Shown piece by piece: positions 50,023 through 60,503 of a stretch of 64,000 bases of DNA; position 1 is the stretch's first letter, and each line of letters opens with the position of its first letter. The notes below the pieces were generated by a model. The model was not told the origin of the DNA and did no database searches. It saw only the letters and a program-made list of their open reading frames with translations. The stretch lies in assembly GCA_022511075.1 (NCBI GenBank), contig JAFLSE010000004.1, positions 38,187-102,186 on the forward strand, given 5' to 3'. The translations under genes and the position numbers were made by a program. The DNA is from Prevotella sp. Lineage in GTDB: Bacteria > Bacteroidota > Bacteroidia > Bacteroidales > Bacteroidaceae.

Positions 50023-50027
50023 GGCTA

Positions 50028-50058
50028 CAAAATTAGCAATAATTGTCAAAACAACAAA
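50028..50058 (-). promoter_or_regulatory. Sigma-A promoter for the CXXX operon
   Basis: Minus strand TTTG (50058-50055)-N19-TAATTTTG (50035-50028). Confidence 0.65.
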
Positions 50059-50198
50059 AGGAATGACAAGAAAAATGAAAAGACCGACAAATATTAACGG
50101 TTTTTAACAGTTTATAAACAGTAACTATGGCTCAGTATTCATTACATCTGCATTTGGATTGTATAAATGGTAAATCATAACTTTTTCAGACAGTTTTC

Positions 50199-50876
50199 TT
50201 GCTGTTTCAGAAATTATTGCTAAATTTGCATACGCGAATAAAGAATGTTCCAGAGAGTATCAGATATTTCAATTATCCTATCCAGGCTTTAGAGGAGGCT
50301 ATCGTGAATTCGCTCTATCATAGAGACTACCAGCAATATGAGCCAGTGGAAATATCTATAGAACCTGACGGCATCCATATTCTCAGTTTTCCTGGTCCAG
50401 ACCGTTCTATCTCAAAGGCTGCAATTGAGGCAGGAAATATGCTGTGCTCCCGTCGTTATCGTAATCGTAGATTAGGTGACTTCCTTAAAGAATTAGACTT
50501 GACAGAAGGACGCTCCACCGGTATTCCAACCATTCAGGAGGAACTACAAAAGAACGGTTCTCCCCGTGCAACCATAGAAACAAATGATGAACGTACATTT
50601 ATCAATGTGTTTATCCCAATTCACGAAGAATGTGGTGATACCGTAGTTCTGAATGTCTCAGAAAATGTCCCAGAAAACATTTCTGCGTCTAAGGTAAGGC
50701 AAAATGATATATTGAGAATCGTACGATTATCTCCTAAAATCACAACAGAAGAAATGGCGCAGATGCTCCATGTCTCACGAAAAACGATATCAAGAGACCT
50801 TAAGCAACTTCGTGCAGACAAAAAAATCAGAAGAGAGGGAGATGACAAAGGAGGGACTTGGGTTGTGATTGAGTAA
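50199..50876 (+). pseudogene. 5'-truncated ATP-binding protein / regulator (HATPase_c_4-type region plus C-terminal HTH)
   Basis: YP..ALEEAIVNSLYHRDY, YRNRRLGDFLKELDLTEGRSTGIPTI, HTH ITTEEMAQML..SRKTISRDL. The usual N-terminal AlbA_2 half is absent and a -7 box (TAAATTTG, 50221) lies inside the predicted start region. Confidence 0.65.
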
Positions 50877-50882
50877 GTTTAA

Positions 50883-50984
50883 ATGATAGCCCTTGACCAG
50901 GTACAGCTCACCATTGCAACGAGTGACGAAGAGGATGCAGAAAACATTGATTTACAATATATTGAAAGCAATTTACCATTCTGA
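50883..50984 (+). other. 33-aa ORF ending in acidic tail + LPF; possible 3' remnant of a VirE/primase-helicase-type gene
   Basis: MIALDQVQLTIATSDEEDAENIDLQYIESNLPF*; origin inferred. Confidence 0.35.
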
Positions 50985-50993
50985 TTGTGATGC

Positions 50994-51103
50994 AAGTGTG
51001 AAGGATGTAAAGGATGTTTTTGCAACTTTTTCTATATAATCCCTTTACCCCCCTATGGTAAAGGAATTCCTATACAAAAGTATATATATTATCCTTCACA
51101 CTT
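50994..51103. repeat. Nested inverted repeat
   Basis: Perfect 13-bp arms AAGTGTGAAGGAT / ATCCTTCACACTT; inner CCTTTACC / GGTAAAGG (51042-51064). Confidence 0.85.
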
Positions 51104-51248
51104 AATACGGCAAACGCCTTTAAACACAAAGTTAATACACTGAAAACCACGTGTTTATCGGTCAAGTGATTGCAGTCTCGATTGATAGAGGAGATACGAC
51201 TTGAATAGCAAATATTTTGTGGAAAGAATAACAGTTGCCGTTAGGGAT

Positions 51249-51341
51249 TAACGGCTACTGATATTAGGTGCTAACGACAACTGTCGTTAGGTGTTAATAG
51301 CAACTGCCGATAGACACTAATGACAACTGCCGTTGAAGCAC
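51249..51341. repeat. Degenerate 23-bp tandem repeat (4 units)
   Basis: Units start at 51249, 51272, 51295 and 51318; CTAACGACA-ac-TGTCGTTAG hairpin at 51271-51290. Confidence 0.65.
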
Positions 51342-51375
51342 CAAAATGGTTTGGAGCACATAGGGATATATAAAC

Positions 51376-51406
51376 AAAAAAGGATGCGCCTGTTATTGGC
51401 ACATCC
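51376..51406 (-). terminator. Intrinsic terminator of the ribosomal protein operon
   Basis: Minus strand GGATGTGCC-AATAACA-GGCGCATCC-TTTTTT, 35 bp past the rplQ stop. Confidence 0.85.
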
Positions 51407-51440
51407 CCTTTCTATAAATATTAGTAATCTGTCCTAACAC

Positions 51441-51965
51441 TTATTCAGCCTTTGCCTCTTCTGCGGCAGCCTCTGCAACTGGTGCCTCCTCTATGGGAGC
51501 CTCTGTTACAGGAGCTTCTGCTGTTGCAGGTGCTTCAGCAGCCTCTGCTTTTGAAGAACGACGTGAACGGCGAGTCTTCTTCTTTATCTCGGTCTTCGCC
51601 ATACGCTCGTCGAAGTCAACAAGCTCGATGAAGCAGATAGGAGCAGCGTCACCCTTACGCACACCAAGCTTGATGATGCGTGTGTAGCCACCTGGACGGT
51701 CGCCTACCTTCTCGGCAACAGGACCAAAGAGTTCCTTGATGGCATACTTGTTCTGCAAATAGCTGAAGACAACACGACGTGAGTTAGTTGTATCTTCCTT
51801 GCAGCGTGTAATCAGCGGCTCTACGTACTTCTTCAAAGCCTTAGCCTTGGCAACGGTCGTAGTGATTCTTTTGTGCATGATCAGCGATATCGCCATGTTT
51901 GCCAGCATAGCGGCGCGATGGTCTGCAGTACGACCAAGATGGTTGAATTTTTTGTTATGTCTCAT
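51441..51965 (-). CDS. rplQ: 50S ribosomal protein L17
   Basis: [21 protein letters not shown]. Confidence 0.98.
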   Translation of the reverse strand: MRHNKKFNHLGRTADHRAAMLANMAISLIMHKRITTTVAKAKALKKYVEPLITRCKEDTTNSRRVVFSYLQNKYAIKELFGPVAEKVGDRPGGYTRIIKLGVRKGDAAPICFIELVDFDERMAKTEIKKKTRRSRRSSKAEAAEAPATAEAPVTEAPIEEAPVAEAAAEEAKAE

Positions 51966-52006
51966 TTTCTTAATTTCTTTTTACGGACTCTTGCACGGAA
52001 CGTTTT

Positions 52007-52999
52007 TTATTCCTTGTCCAATTTATACTTAGAAATGTCTGTTCCAAACGAAAGATTCAGACTCTCGAGCAAATCATCAAGCTCAGTGAGCGATTTCTTA
52101 CCAAAGTTGCGGAACTTCAAGAGGTCTGTCTTGTTGTACTGAACAAGGTCACCAAGCGTATCCACGTCGGCAGCCTTGAGGCAGTTGAGGGCACGGACAC
52201 TGAGGTTCATGTCCACGAGACGTGTCTTGAGCAACTGGCGCATGTGCAGAACTTCCTCGTCGAACTCCTCGTTGCTGTCAATCTCTGTATTCTCGAGAGT
52301 AATCTTCTCGTCAGAGAACAGCATGAAGTGATAAATGAGGATTTTGGCAGCTTCCTTGAGTGCGTCCTTTGGTTGAATGGAACCATCCGTAGTAACCTCG
52401 AGCACGAGTTTGTCGTAGTCGGTCTTCTGCTCGACACGATAAGGCTCTACCGAGTATTTTACGTTACGGATTGGGGTGTAAATAGAATCGATTGCGATAA
52501 CATTAACATCGGTGCAGAACTCACGGTTCTCGTCTGCCGGCACATAGCCGCGACCCTTGTTAATAGTTAGGTCAATCTGCATTGAAGCTTTTGAATCGAG
52601 ATGACAAATCACCAAATCAGGGTTTAACACTTCAAATCCAGTTAGATACTTGCCGATATCGCCAGCCTTAAACTCGGTAGTATTCTCGACCGTGATACTG
52701 ACTTTTTCGTTCTCGAATTCTTCTACTACTTGCTTGAACCTCACTTGCTTGAGGTTCAAGATAATGTTGGTTACATCTTCCTTTACGCCAGACACTGATG
52801 AGAACTCATGCTCAACACCTGCAATGCGTATGGTGTTGATGGCATAGCCCTCGAGCGATGAAAGAAGAATGCGGCGCAGGGCATTGCCTATAGTAACACC
52901 AAAGCCCGGCTCCAGCGGACGAAATTCGAACTTGCCGAACTTGTCGGTGGATTCCAACATTACGACTTTATCAGGTTTTTGAAATGCTAATATTGCCAT
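52007..52999 (-). CDS. rpoA: RNA polymerase alpha subunit
   Basis: [30 protein letters not shown]. Confidence 0.99.
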   Translation of the reverse strand: MAILAFQKPDKVVMLESTDKFGKFEFRPLEPGFGVTIGNALRRILLSSLEGYAINTIRIAGVEHEFSSVSGVKEDVTNIILNLKQVRFKQVVEEFENEKVSITVENTTEFKAGDIGKYLTGFEVLNPDLVICHLDSKASMQIDLTINKGRGYVPADENREFCTDVNVIAIDSIYTPIRNVKYSVEPYRVEQKTDYDKLVLEVTTDGSIQPKDALKEAAKILIYHFMLFSDEKITLENTEIDSNEEFDEEVLHMRQLLKTRLVDMNLSVRALNCLKAADVDTLGDLVQYNKTDLLKFRNFGKKSLTELDDLLESLNLSFGTDISKYKLDKE

Positions 53000-53010
53000 T
53001 AATTTAATGA

Positions 53011-53616
53011 TTATTTAGAGTACAACTCAACGATTAACTGCTCCTTAATATTCTCTGGGATATCGGCACGCTCCGGCTTGTGCAGGAACTTACCGCTCTT
53101 TGTCTGCTCGTCCCACTCTATCCAAGGATACTTGCTGTGGTTGAAGCCTGCGAGCGCAGCAGCGATAACCTCCAAGCTCTTGGACCTCTCGCGCACTGCG
53201 ATAATCTGACCGGGCTTAACAGCGTATGAAGGAATACCCACAACCTTTCCGTCAACAGTGATGTGCTTGTGACCCACAAGCTGACGAGCGGCTGCACGTG
53301 TGGGAGCGATGCCCATACGGAACACAACATTGTCGAGACGACTCTCAAGATTCTGCAAAAGCACCTCACCAGTAATACCGTCAGCCTTTGCAGCCTTCTC
53401 AAACATGTTGCGGAACTGGCGCTCCAGCACGCCGTATGTATACTTGGCTTTCTGCTTCTCTGCCAACATGACACCATACTCCGACATCTTGCGACGACGG
53501 TTATTGCCATGCTGTCCAGGAGGGAAGTTTCTTCTGGACAAAACTTTGTCTGCGCCGAAGATGGGTTCTCCAAAACGGCGCGCAATTTTTGATTTCGGAC
53601 CTATATATTTTGCCAT
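53011..53616 (-). CDS. rpsD: 30S ribosomal protein S4
   Basis: [22 protein letters not shown]. Confidence 0.99.
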   Translation of the reverse strand: MAKYIGPKSKIARRFGEPIFGADKVLSRRNFPPGQHGNNRRRKMSEYGVMLAEKQKAKYTYGVLERQFRNMFEKAAKADGITGEVLLQNLESRLDNVVFRMGIAPTRAAARQLVGHKHITVDGKVVGIPSYAVKPGQIIAVRERSKSLEVIAAALAGFNHSKYPWIEWDEQTKSGKFLHKPERADIPENIKEQLIVELYSK

Positions 53617-53658
53617 AATTATAAAGTTACTTTATTGTTCTTTGTGAATACTCCGTTA

Positions 53659-54048
53659 TTATACACGACGACGCTTTGGAGGACGGCAGCCATTGTGTGG
53701 CAGTGGCGTAACGTCTACAATCTCTATTACCTCGATGCCTGCACCGTGGATTGCACGGATTGCGCTCTCACGACCGTTGCCCGGACCCTTTACGTAAGCC
53801 TTAACCTTGCGGAGACCGAGGTCGAAAGCTACCTTTGCACAATCCTCTGCTGCCATCTGCGCTGCATAAGGAGTATTCTTCTTTGAACCGCGGAAGCCCA
53901 TCTTACCAGCTGAAGACCAAGAAATGGTCTGACCCTCGCTGTTGGCCAACATCACGATTACGTTGTTAAACGAACTATGCACGTGAAGCTGTCCGATAGC
54001 GTCAACCTTCACGTTTCTTTTCTTTGAAGCGACTGTTTTCTTTGCCAT
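53659..54048 (-). CDS. rpsK: 30S ribosomal protein S11
   Basis: [25 protein letters not shown]. Confidence 0.99.
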   Translation of the reverse strand: MAKKTVASKKRNVKVDAIGQLHVHSSFNNVIVMLANSEGQTISWSSAGKMGFRGSKKNTPYAAQMAAEDCAKVAFDLGLRKVKAYVKGPGNGRESAIRAIHGAGIEVIEIVDVTPLPHNGCRPPKRRRV

Positions 54049-54084
54049 GACTTTTAAATCCTAATACGTTAATGATTTAATTTT

Positions 54085-54465
54085 TTACTTTGTGGCCTTC
54101 TTCTTGTTAGCAACAGTCTTCTTCTTTCCCTTACGGGTACGTGCATTGTTCTTGGTGCTCTGACCACGAACAGGAAGACCATTACGATGACGGATTCCAC
54201 GATAGCATCCAATATCCATGAGACGCTTGATATTCAACTGGATCTCTGAACGGAGATCACCTTCTACCTTGAATTCAGCGCCGATGATTTCACGGATCTT
54301 GGCAGCCTGGTCGTCACTCCACTCTTTGACCTTCAGGTCGCGGCTGACACCTGCCTTATCCAATATCTTTGCTGAACTACTTCGACCAATACCATAAATG
54401 TAGGTCAATGCGATTTCGCCACGCTTCTCTTGGGGCAAATCTACTCCAACAATTCTTATTGCCAT
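54085..54465 (-). CDS. rpsM: 30S ribosomal protein S13
   Basis: [26 protein letters not shown]. Confidence 0.99.
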   Translation of the reverse strand: MAIRIVGVDLPQEKRGEIALTYIYGIGRSSSAKILDKAGVSRDLKVKEWSDDQAAKIREIIGAEFKVEGDLRSEIQLNIKRLMDIGCYRGIRHRNGLPVRGQSTKNNARTRKGKKKTVANKKKATK

Positions 54466-54511
54466 TGATTAATTAAATTAATAAAACTTGATTATTAAAT
54501 CTTTTTACTCA

Positions 54512-54628
54512 TTAACCCTGACGCATCTTGTACTTAGGGTTTTTCTTGTTGATTACGAACAGGCGACCCTTGCGGCGTACAATCTTGCAGTCGGGGGTAC
54601 GCTTCTTCAGTGATGTTCTTGTTTTCAT
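54512..54628 (-). CDS. rpmJ: 50S ribosomal protein L36 (not in the ORF track)
   Basis: Hand translation [38 protein letters not shown]. Confidence 0.97.
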   Translation of the reverse strand: MKTRTSLKKRTPDCKIVRRKGRLFVINKKNPKYKMRQG

Positions 54629-54641
54629 ATAATGTAAATGA

Positions 54642-54860
54642 TTATTTGTATCTAAATACAATTCTGCCTTTTGTCAGGTCGTATGGACTCATCTCCACCT
54701 TTACCTTGTCGCCGGGCAATATCTTGATATAGTGCATTCTCATCTTGCCGGAAATGTGTGCTATGATAGGCACACCATTCTCCAGTTCCACACGAAACAT
54801 CGCGTTCGACAATGACTCGACGATTGTTCCGTCCTGCTCTATAGCGTCTTGCTTTGCCAT
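54642..54860 (-). CDS. infA: Translation initiation factor IF-1
   Basis: [18 protein letters not shown]. Confidence 0.99.
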   Translation of the reverse strand: MAKQDAIEQDGTIVESLSNAMFRVELENGVPIIAHISGKMRMHYIKILPGDKVKVEMSPYDLTKGRIVFRYK

Positions 54861-54864
54861 ATAA

Positions 54865-55665
54865 TTAATATTGTTTTCTTTCTATTTGTTCTATCTCTTC
54901 AAACGTTGACAAAATGTCTGCCTTTCCGTTTCTCACCGCAATGGTGTGCTCGAAGTGTGCTGCCGGGCGGTTGTCGCGCGTTCGGATTGTCCACCTGTCA
55001 GGCATCAGCCCTATGGAAGCATCACCCATCGTTATCATCGGCTCTATTGCCAGACACATTCCCGGCTTAAGCAGCATACCATCACCATACTTACCGTAAT
55101 TTGGTACTTGCGGGTCTTCGTGCATCTTCTTTCCTATGCCGTGACCTGTCAGTTCTCTTACCACTCCATATCCCTTGCCTTCGCAATAAGTCTGGACTGC
55201 GTGACCTATGTCACCGAGATGCCTGCCAGCCTGCGCTGCCTCTATTCCTTTATACAGCGACTCCTTCGTTGTCTTGAGCAGCGTCTTTATCTCGTCGCTC
55301 ACCTCGCCGACGCAGAACGTATAGGCAGAGTCGCCGCAAAAACCGTCGAGAAGTATACCGCAATCCACTGATATAATATCTCCGTTTCTCAATACCGTAT
55401 TTTCATTCGGTATGCCGTGCACTACGGCAGAGTTAACGGATGTGCATATACTTGCAGGAAACGGCTTTCCATATGGGTTGGGAAATCCCTTGAATATCGG
55501 AACACCACCATTGTCGCGTATAAACGCCTCCGCAATGTCATCCAATTGCTTGGTAGTTATTCCCTCCCTTATGTTTTTCGCCAATTCGGCAAGCGCCTTG
55601 CCAACAAGTTGGCTCGCTTGCCTCATTGACTCTATCTCGTCTTCCGTTTTCAGAAATACTTCCAT
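54865..55665 (-). CDS. map: Methionine aminopeptidase type I
   Basis: SVN..VVHGIP, GHGIG..MHEDP, AIEPM, HFEHT. Confidence 0.97.
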   Translation of the reverse strand: MEVFLKTEDEIESMRQASQLVGKALAELAKNIREGITTKQLDDIAEAFIRDNGGVPIFKGFPNPYGKPFPASICTSVNSAVVHGIPNENTVLRNGDIISVDCGILLDGFCGDSAYTFCVGEVSDEIKTLLKTTKESLYKGIEAAQAGRHLGDIGHAVQTYCEGKGYGVVRELTGHGIGKKMHEDPQVPNYGKYGDGMLLKPGMCLAIEPMITMGDASIGLMPDRWTIRTRDNRPAAHFEHTIAVRNGKADILSTFEEIEQIERKQY

Positions 55666-55686
55666 TCCTCTGTGAGAGGGGTGTCA

Positions 55687-57033
55687 TTAATATGCAACCA
55701 TGCCACCACGACCGTGTATACGACCAGAGTTGAGCAAGCCGTCATAATGACGCATCAACAGGTGACTCTCTATCTGCTGGAGTGTGTCAAGCACAACACC
55801 AATGAGAATCAACAGAGATGTTCCTCCAAAGAATTGCGAGAACGCATCCTGCACACTCAACAAACCTGCCAGTGAAGGCATAATGGCAATGAAAGCGATG
55901 AGCAACGAACCAGGAAGAGTGATGCGAGACATTACTGTGTCGATATACTCTGCCGTGTCCTTGCCTGGCTTAACACCAGGAATGAAACCGTTGTTGCGCT
56001 TCATATCCTCAGCCATCTGCGTTGGGTTTAGAGTGATTGCAGTATAGAAATATGTAAAGGCAATAATGAGGAGTGCAAAAATGATATTGTACAACCAGCT
56101 GTGGTGGTTCATCAGCGATGTCATAACCCAACTTGTACGGGCAGCCTCAGAAGAGAACTGCACGATAGTCAACGGAATGAACATAATTGCCTGAGCAAAG
56201 ATGATAGGCATTACGTTGGCTGCGAACAACTTGAGAGGGATATACTGACGTGCACCGCCATATTGCTTATTGCCCACAAGACGCTTTGCATACTGTACAG
56301 GAACTCTGCGAGTGCCCTGCACCAAAAGAATTGCTAAACAAACAACCGCATAAAGGATTATAATCTCCACGAGGAACATTACAAGTCCACCACCAGTGAT
56401 AGCAGTGAAACGAGAACCAACCTCCTGAATGAACGCCTGTGGCAGACGGGCAATAATACCGAGCATGATGATAAGCGAGATACCATTACCTATACCCTTA
56501 TCTGTAATGCGCTCACCCAACCAAAGGATGAACATGCTTCCTGCTGCAAGAATCACGGAAGCAGACAACATGAACAAAGGCCAAGAGATGCCCGAAGCGA
56601 GGGCACCTGCTGCCTGCATTCTGAGATTTATAAGGTAACTCGGTGCCTGAAAGAACAAGATTCCCACTGTGAGCCAACGAGTATACATCGAAATCTTTTT
56701 GCGTCCGCTTTCACCTTCGCGCTGCAACTTTTGGAAATAAGGTACAGCGACAGCGAGAAGCTGCATAACGATAGAAGCTGAGATGTAAGGCATGATTCCA
56801 AGTGCAAAGATAGATGCATTAGAAAATGCTCCACCAGAGAACATGTCGAGGAGTGACATCAAACCACCCTGTGTCTGCTGCTGAAGTTTATCCAACGCGG
56901 CTGGATTGATACCTGGAAGTACCACAAACGAGCCAAAACGATAGATTGCCGCAAAAAGGATAGTGATGAGAATGCGCATGCGCAGGTCTTCCACCTTCCA
57001 AATGTTCTTCAGTGTCTCAATTAACTTCTTCAT
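55687..57033 (-). CDS. secY: Preprotein translocase SecY
   Basis: SIFALGIMPYISASI, GIGNGISLII, FIPGVKPG, GGTSLLI. Confidence 0.99.
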   Translation of the reverse strand: MKKLIETLKNIWKVEDLRMRILITILFAAIYRFGSFVVLPGINPAALDKLQQQTQGGLMSLLDMFSGGAFSNASIFALGIMPYISASIVMQLLAVAVPYFQKLQREGESGRKKISMYTRWLTVGILFFQAPSYLINLRMQAAGALASGISWPLFMLSASVILAAGSMFILWLGERITDKGIGNGISLIIMLGIIARLPQAFIQEVGSRFTAITGGGLVMFLVEIIILYAVVCLAILLVQGTRRVPVQYAKRLVGNKQYGGARQYIPLKLFAANVMPIIFAQAIMFIPLTIVQFSSEAARTSWVMTSLMNHHSWLYNIIFALLIIAFTYFYTAITLNPTQMAEDMKRNNGFIPGVKPGKDTAEYIDTVMSRITLPGSLLIAFIAIMPSLAGLLSVQDAFSQFFGGTSLLILIGVVLDTLQQIESHLLMRHYDGLLNSGRIHGRGGMVAY

Positions 57034-57038
57034 TATTC

Positions 57039-57485
57039 TTAAATTATAGTTGCTGTTCCACCTACGGCCTTGATAGCCTCTTCTGCTGACTTAGAGAATG
57101 CGTTTGCCTCTACAGTCAATTTTGCCTTTAACTCTCCGTTACCAAGAATCTTGACAAGTTCCTTGCCGTTTGTGAGACCAGCTGCAACCAACTCTGCTAT
57201 GCCGATCTTCTCCAAGTTCTTTCTCTCAGCCATCTTCTGGAGAGTAGAAAGGTTAACGGCGAAGTACTCCTTGTGGTTGATGTTCTTGAAACCAGCCTTT
57301 GGTACACGGCGTTGCAATGGCATCTGACCACCTTCAAAACCAATCTTCTTCTTATAACCGGAACGTGCCTTAGCACCTTTGTGACCACGTGTAGAAGTGC
57401 CACCGAGGCCAGAGCCTGGTCCACGGCCGATTCTGCGGCGAGAATGTGTGGAGCCTTCCTGTGGGGTTAATGTATGTAGTTTCAT
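57039..57485 (-). CDS. rplO: 50S ribosomal protein L15
   Basis: RGHKGAKARSG, FEGGQMPL. Confidence 0.99.
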   Translation of the reverse strand: MKLHTLTPQEGSTHSRRRIGRGPGSGLGGTSTRGHKGAKARSGYKKKIGFEGGQMPLQRRVPKAGFKNINHKEYFAVNLSTLQKMAERKNLEKIGIAELVAAGLTNGKELVKILGNGELKAKLTVEANAFSKSAEEAIKAVGGTATII

Positions 57486-57514
57486 AATTGAAATCCGATT
57501 TTAAACGTTAATTA

Positions 57515-57691
57515 TTAGTCGATAACACGTACAAGGTGATGCACTGTCTGGATCATACCGCGAATAGAAGGAGTATCCTCCTTTTCAACTACCTGGGAAA
57601 TCTTGCGAAGTCCAAGAGCCTCAAGGGTGGCCTTCTGGTTTTTAGGTGCACCAATCTTACTTTTAATCTGCTGGATCTTAATCGTTGCCAT
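57515..57691 (-). CDS. rpmD: 50S ribosomal protein L30 (not in the ORF track)
   Basis: Hand translation MATIKIQQIKSKIGAPKNQKATLEALGLRK...HLVRVID*. Confidence 0.96.
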   Translation of the reverse strand: MATIKIQQIKSKIGAPKNQKATLEALGLRKISQVVEKEDTPSIRGMIQTVHHLVRVID

Positions 57692-57705
57692 AGTAAAACC
57701 TCCTT

Positions 57706-58218
57706 TTATCCTCTAAATACTTTTTCCATACTTACTCCGCGCATGCCTGCAATAGTGTAAGCGTCGCGCATCTTGCTCAATGCAAGGATTGTTGCCTTTA
57801 CCAAGTTGTGAGGATTGGAAGAACCCTTTGACTTGGCAAGCACGTCCTTCACACCAGCACTCTCAAGTACGGCACGCATAGCACCACCGGCTACAAGACC
57901 GGTACCGGCTGCTGCAGGCATCATGAATACCCTTGCACCACCGAAATGAGCCTCCATGTCGTGAGGGATAGTGCCCTTGAGCACAGGAACCTTAACGAGA
58001 TTCTTCTTGGCAGCCTCAACACCCTTGGCGATGGCAGCGGTAACTTCGCCAGCCTTACCAAGACCCCAGCCGATAATGCCGTTGCCGTCGCCGACAACCA
58101 CGATGGCTGCGAATGTGAAGGTGCGACCTCCCTTTGTTACCTTGGTAACACGGTTGATGGCAACCAATCTATCTTTCAATTCAATGTCGCTATTTATCTT
58201 AACTTTGTTCATTGCCAT
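57706..58218 (-). CDS. rpsE: 30S ribosomal protein S5
   Basis: [18 protein letters not shown]. Confidence 0.99.
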   Translation of the reverse strand: MAMNKVKINSDIELKDRLVAINRVTKVTKGGRTFTFAAIVVVGDGNGIIGWGLGKAGEVTAAIAKGVEAAKKNLVKVPVLKGTIPHDMEAHFGGARVFMMPAAAGTGLVAGGAMRAVLESAGVKDVLAKSKGSSNPHNLVKATILALSKMRDAYTIAGMRGVSMEKVFRG

Positions 58219-58224
58219 AATCGT

Positions 58225-58569
58225 TTAGAAATTAAGTCCACCTTTACGAGCAGCGTCTGCCAATGACTTCACACGACCGTGATAGAGGTAGCCGTTACGG
58301 TCGAACACTACAGATGTAACGCCAGCCTCCTGTGCCTTCTTGGCAACAAGTTCGCCAACCTTTGCAGCCTGCTCAATCTTTGGCATTGCCTCCATTCCGA
58401 GTGAAGATGCAGATGCAAGTGTCCTGCCCTCATCATCGTTGATAACCTGAGCGTAAATCTGCTTGTTGCTACGGAAAACACTCAGGCGAGGACGCTCTGC
58501 TGTTCCATATACGCTCTTACGAATTCTATACTTTATCTTTATTCGTCTTTCTACTTTCTTTGTTGTCAT
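58225..58569 (-). CDS. rplR: 50S ribosomal protein L18
   Basis: [23 protein letters not shown]. Confidence 0.99.
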   Translation of the reverse strand: MTTKKVERRIKIKYRIRKSVYGTAERPRLSVFRSNKQIYAQVINDDEGRTLASASSLGMEAMPKIEQAAKVGELVAKKAQEAGVTSVVFDRNGYLYHGRVKSLADAARKGGLNF

Positions 58570-58587
58570 AATCGTAAACCTTTAATG

Positions 58588-59154
58588 TTATTTAGCTGAT
58601 GCTGACTTACCCGACTTCCTGCGGATAACCTCGCCTTGGAACAAGATACCCTTGCCCTTATATGGCTCAGGCTTGCGGAAAGAACGAATTTTAGCGCAAA
58701 CAAGACCTATGAGTTGCTTATCGCAAGACTCCAAAATCACGATAGGGTTCTGGTTGCGCTCAGACTTTGTCTCAACCTTGATTTCGTTTGGAAGTTGGAT
58801 GAAAATGGGGTGTGTATATCCGAGTGAGAATTCGATGAGGTTGCCTTGGTTTGACACACGGTAACCAACACCTACAAGCTCAAGCACCTTCTTGTAGCCC
58901 TCACTCACACCTACAACCATATTATTAACCAACGAGCGATACAAACCGTGGAAGGCCTGCTTTTGCTTGTAGTTAACAGGGCTGTTCTCATCTATTTCAA
59001 ACACAATGTGTCCGTCTTCAATCTTAACTATGATTGATGGGTCAACCTTCTGTGAAAGCTCACCTTTCGGACCTTTTACGCTAACAACGTTATCTGTGTA
59101 GTTAACAGTTACGCCTGAAGGAATAACGATTGGTAACTTACCTATTCTTGACAT
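58588..59154 (-). CDS. rplF: 50S ribosomal protein L6
   Basis: MSRIGKLPI, PEPYKGKGI. Confidence 0.99.
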   Translation of the reverse strand: MSRIGKLPIVIPSGVTVNYTDNVVSVKGPKGELSQKVDPSIIVKIEDGHIVFEIDENSPVNYKQKQAFHGLYRSLVNNMVVGVSEGYKKVLELVGVGYRVSNQGNLIEFSLGYTHPIFIQLPNEIKVETKSERNQNPIVILESCDKQLIGLVCAKIRSFRKPEPYKGKGILFQGEVIRRKSGKSASAK

Positions 59155-59172
59155 ATTCTATACCCTCCAAAA

Positions 59173-59568
59173 TTAATATACATAGCAAAGAACCTCGCCG
59201 CCAATCTTAAGAGCGGAAGCCTCCTTGTCTGTCATTACACCTTTGGATGTAGATAAAATAGCGATACCTAATCCGTTAATAACTCTCGGCATGTCCTTAT
59301 ATCCGGTGTACATACGCAAACCGGGCTTAGACACTCTCTTAAGGCACTGTATTGCACTTGCCTTTGTAACAGGGTCGTACTTCAAGGCAACCTTGATAGA
59401 GCCCTGAGGACCATCATCTATGAACTTGTAGTTCAAGATGTAACCCTTCTCGAAGAGGATCTTTGTAATTTCCTTCTTCAAGTTTGAAGCTGGTACTTCA
59501 ACAACACGGTGGTTAGCCATGATTGCGTTTCTCAACCTCGTCAGAAAATCTGCTATTGGATCTGTCAT
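59173..59568 (-). CDS. rpsH: 30S ribosomal protein S8
   Basis: DPIADFLTR, SKPGLR, STSKG. Confidence 0.99.
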   Translation of the reverse strand: MTDPIADFLTRLRNAIMANHRVVEVPASNLKKEITKILFEKGYILNYKFIDDGPQGSIKVALKYDPVTKASAIQCLKRVSKPGLRMYTGYKDMPRVINGLGIAILSTSKGVMTDKEASALKIGGEVLCYVY

Positions 59569-59639
59569 TTTAAATAAATTTTAATTAATCGGGACTACCC
59601 CGACAATATTAAATAAGTATATTCGCTTCTTGCATCTCA

Positions 59640-59942
59640 TTACCAGCTTGCCTTCTTAACACCCGGTATCAAGCCGCTTGATGCCATCTCGCGGAACTGG
59701 ATACGGGAAAGACCAAACTGGCGCATGTATCCTTTCGGACGTCCGGTAATCTTGCAGCGGTTGTGAAGACGTATCGGGTTTGCATTCTTAGGAATGGACT
59801 GCAACTTGCGGGCAGCCTCGTATGCTTCTGCCGGGTCGTCAGTCTTTGCGATAATCTTCTTCAGTGCAGCGCGCTTTTCTGCATAGCGAGCCACAAGTTT
59901 TGCACGCTTTACCTCGCGAGCCTTCATTGATTCCTTTGCCAT
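59640..59942 (-). CDS. rpsN: 30S ribosomal protein S14 (long, Zn-independent form)
   Basis: [24 protein letters not shown]. Confidence 0.98.
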   Translation of the reverse strand: MAKESMKAREVKRAKLVARYAEKRAALKKIIAKTDDPAEAYEAARKLQSIPKNANPIRLHNRCKITGRPKGYMRQFGLSRIQFREMASSGLIPGVKKASW

Positions 59943-59948
59943 GTCTCC

Positions 59949-60503
59949 TTAATCGTTTTTAGCGTTCTTAAATGGCAGACCGAATGCCTTCAGAAGTGCG
60001 AATCCCTCTTCGTCAGTCTTTGCGCTTGTAACGAAAGTGATGTTCATACCCTGAATGCGGTCTACTGAATCGATATTGATTTCCGGGAAAATAATCTGCT
60101 CCTGTACACCAAGAGTGTAGTTTCCACGTCCGTCAAACTTGCTCTCAATACCCTTGAAGTCACGGATACGCGGCAATGCCACGCGAACGAGCCTTTCAAG
60201 GAACTCGTACATGCGCTCACGACGCAAAGTTACCATAACGCCGATAGGCATCTTCTTACGAAGCTTGAAGTTTGAGATATCCTTCTTTGAATATGTTGCC
60301 ACAGCCTTCTGACCTGTAATGGCAGAAATCTCATTGATTGCAACCTCAATAATCTTCTTGTCCTGCGTAGCGTCGCCAAGTCCCTGGTTGATGACAATCT
60401 TCTTCAACACGGGAATCTGCATCTTTGAGCTGTAATTGAACTGCTTCTCCAATGCAGGAGCAATCTGCTCAATATAAGTTTTTTTAAGTTGTGCTGTATT
60501 CAT
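59949..60503 (-). CDS. rplE: 50S ribosomal protein L5
   Basis: KIVINQG, FKLRK.MPIG, DGRGNY. Confidence 0.99.
   Translation of the reverse strand: MNTAQLKKTYIEQIAPALEKQFNYSSKMQIPVLKKIVINQGLGDATQDKKIIEVAINEISAITGQKAVATYSKKDISNFKLRKKMPIGVMVTLRRERMYEFLERLVRVALPRIRDFKGIESKFDGRGNYTLGVQEQIIFPEINIDSVDRIQGMNITFVTSAKTDEEGFALLKAFGLPFKNAKND

Noticed and set aside
51249-51341. Mini-CRISPR or iteron array
   Set aside because: Contiguous, degenerate 23-bp units without spacers; kept only as a tandem repeat.
54512-59942. Zn-independent L36 and S14 in the main ribosomal operon
   Set aside because: This is the usual state in Bacteroidetes, not a novelty.
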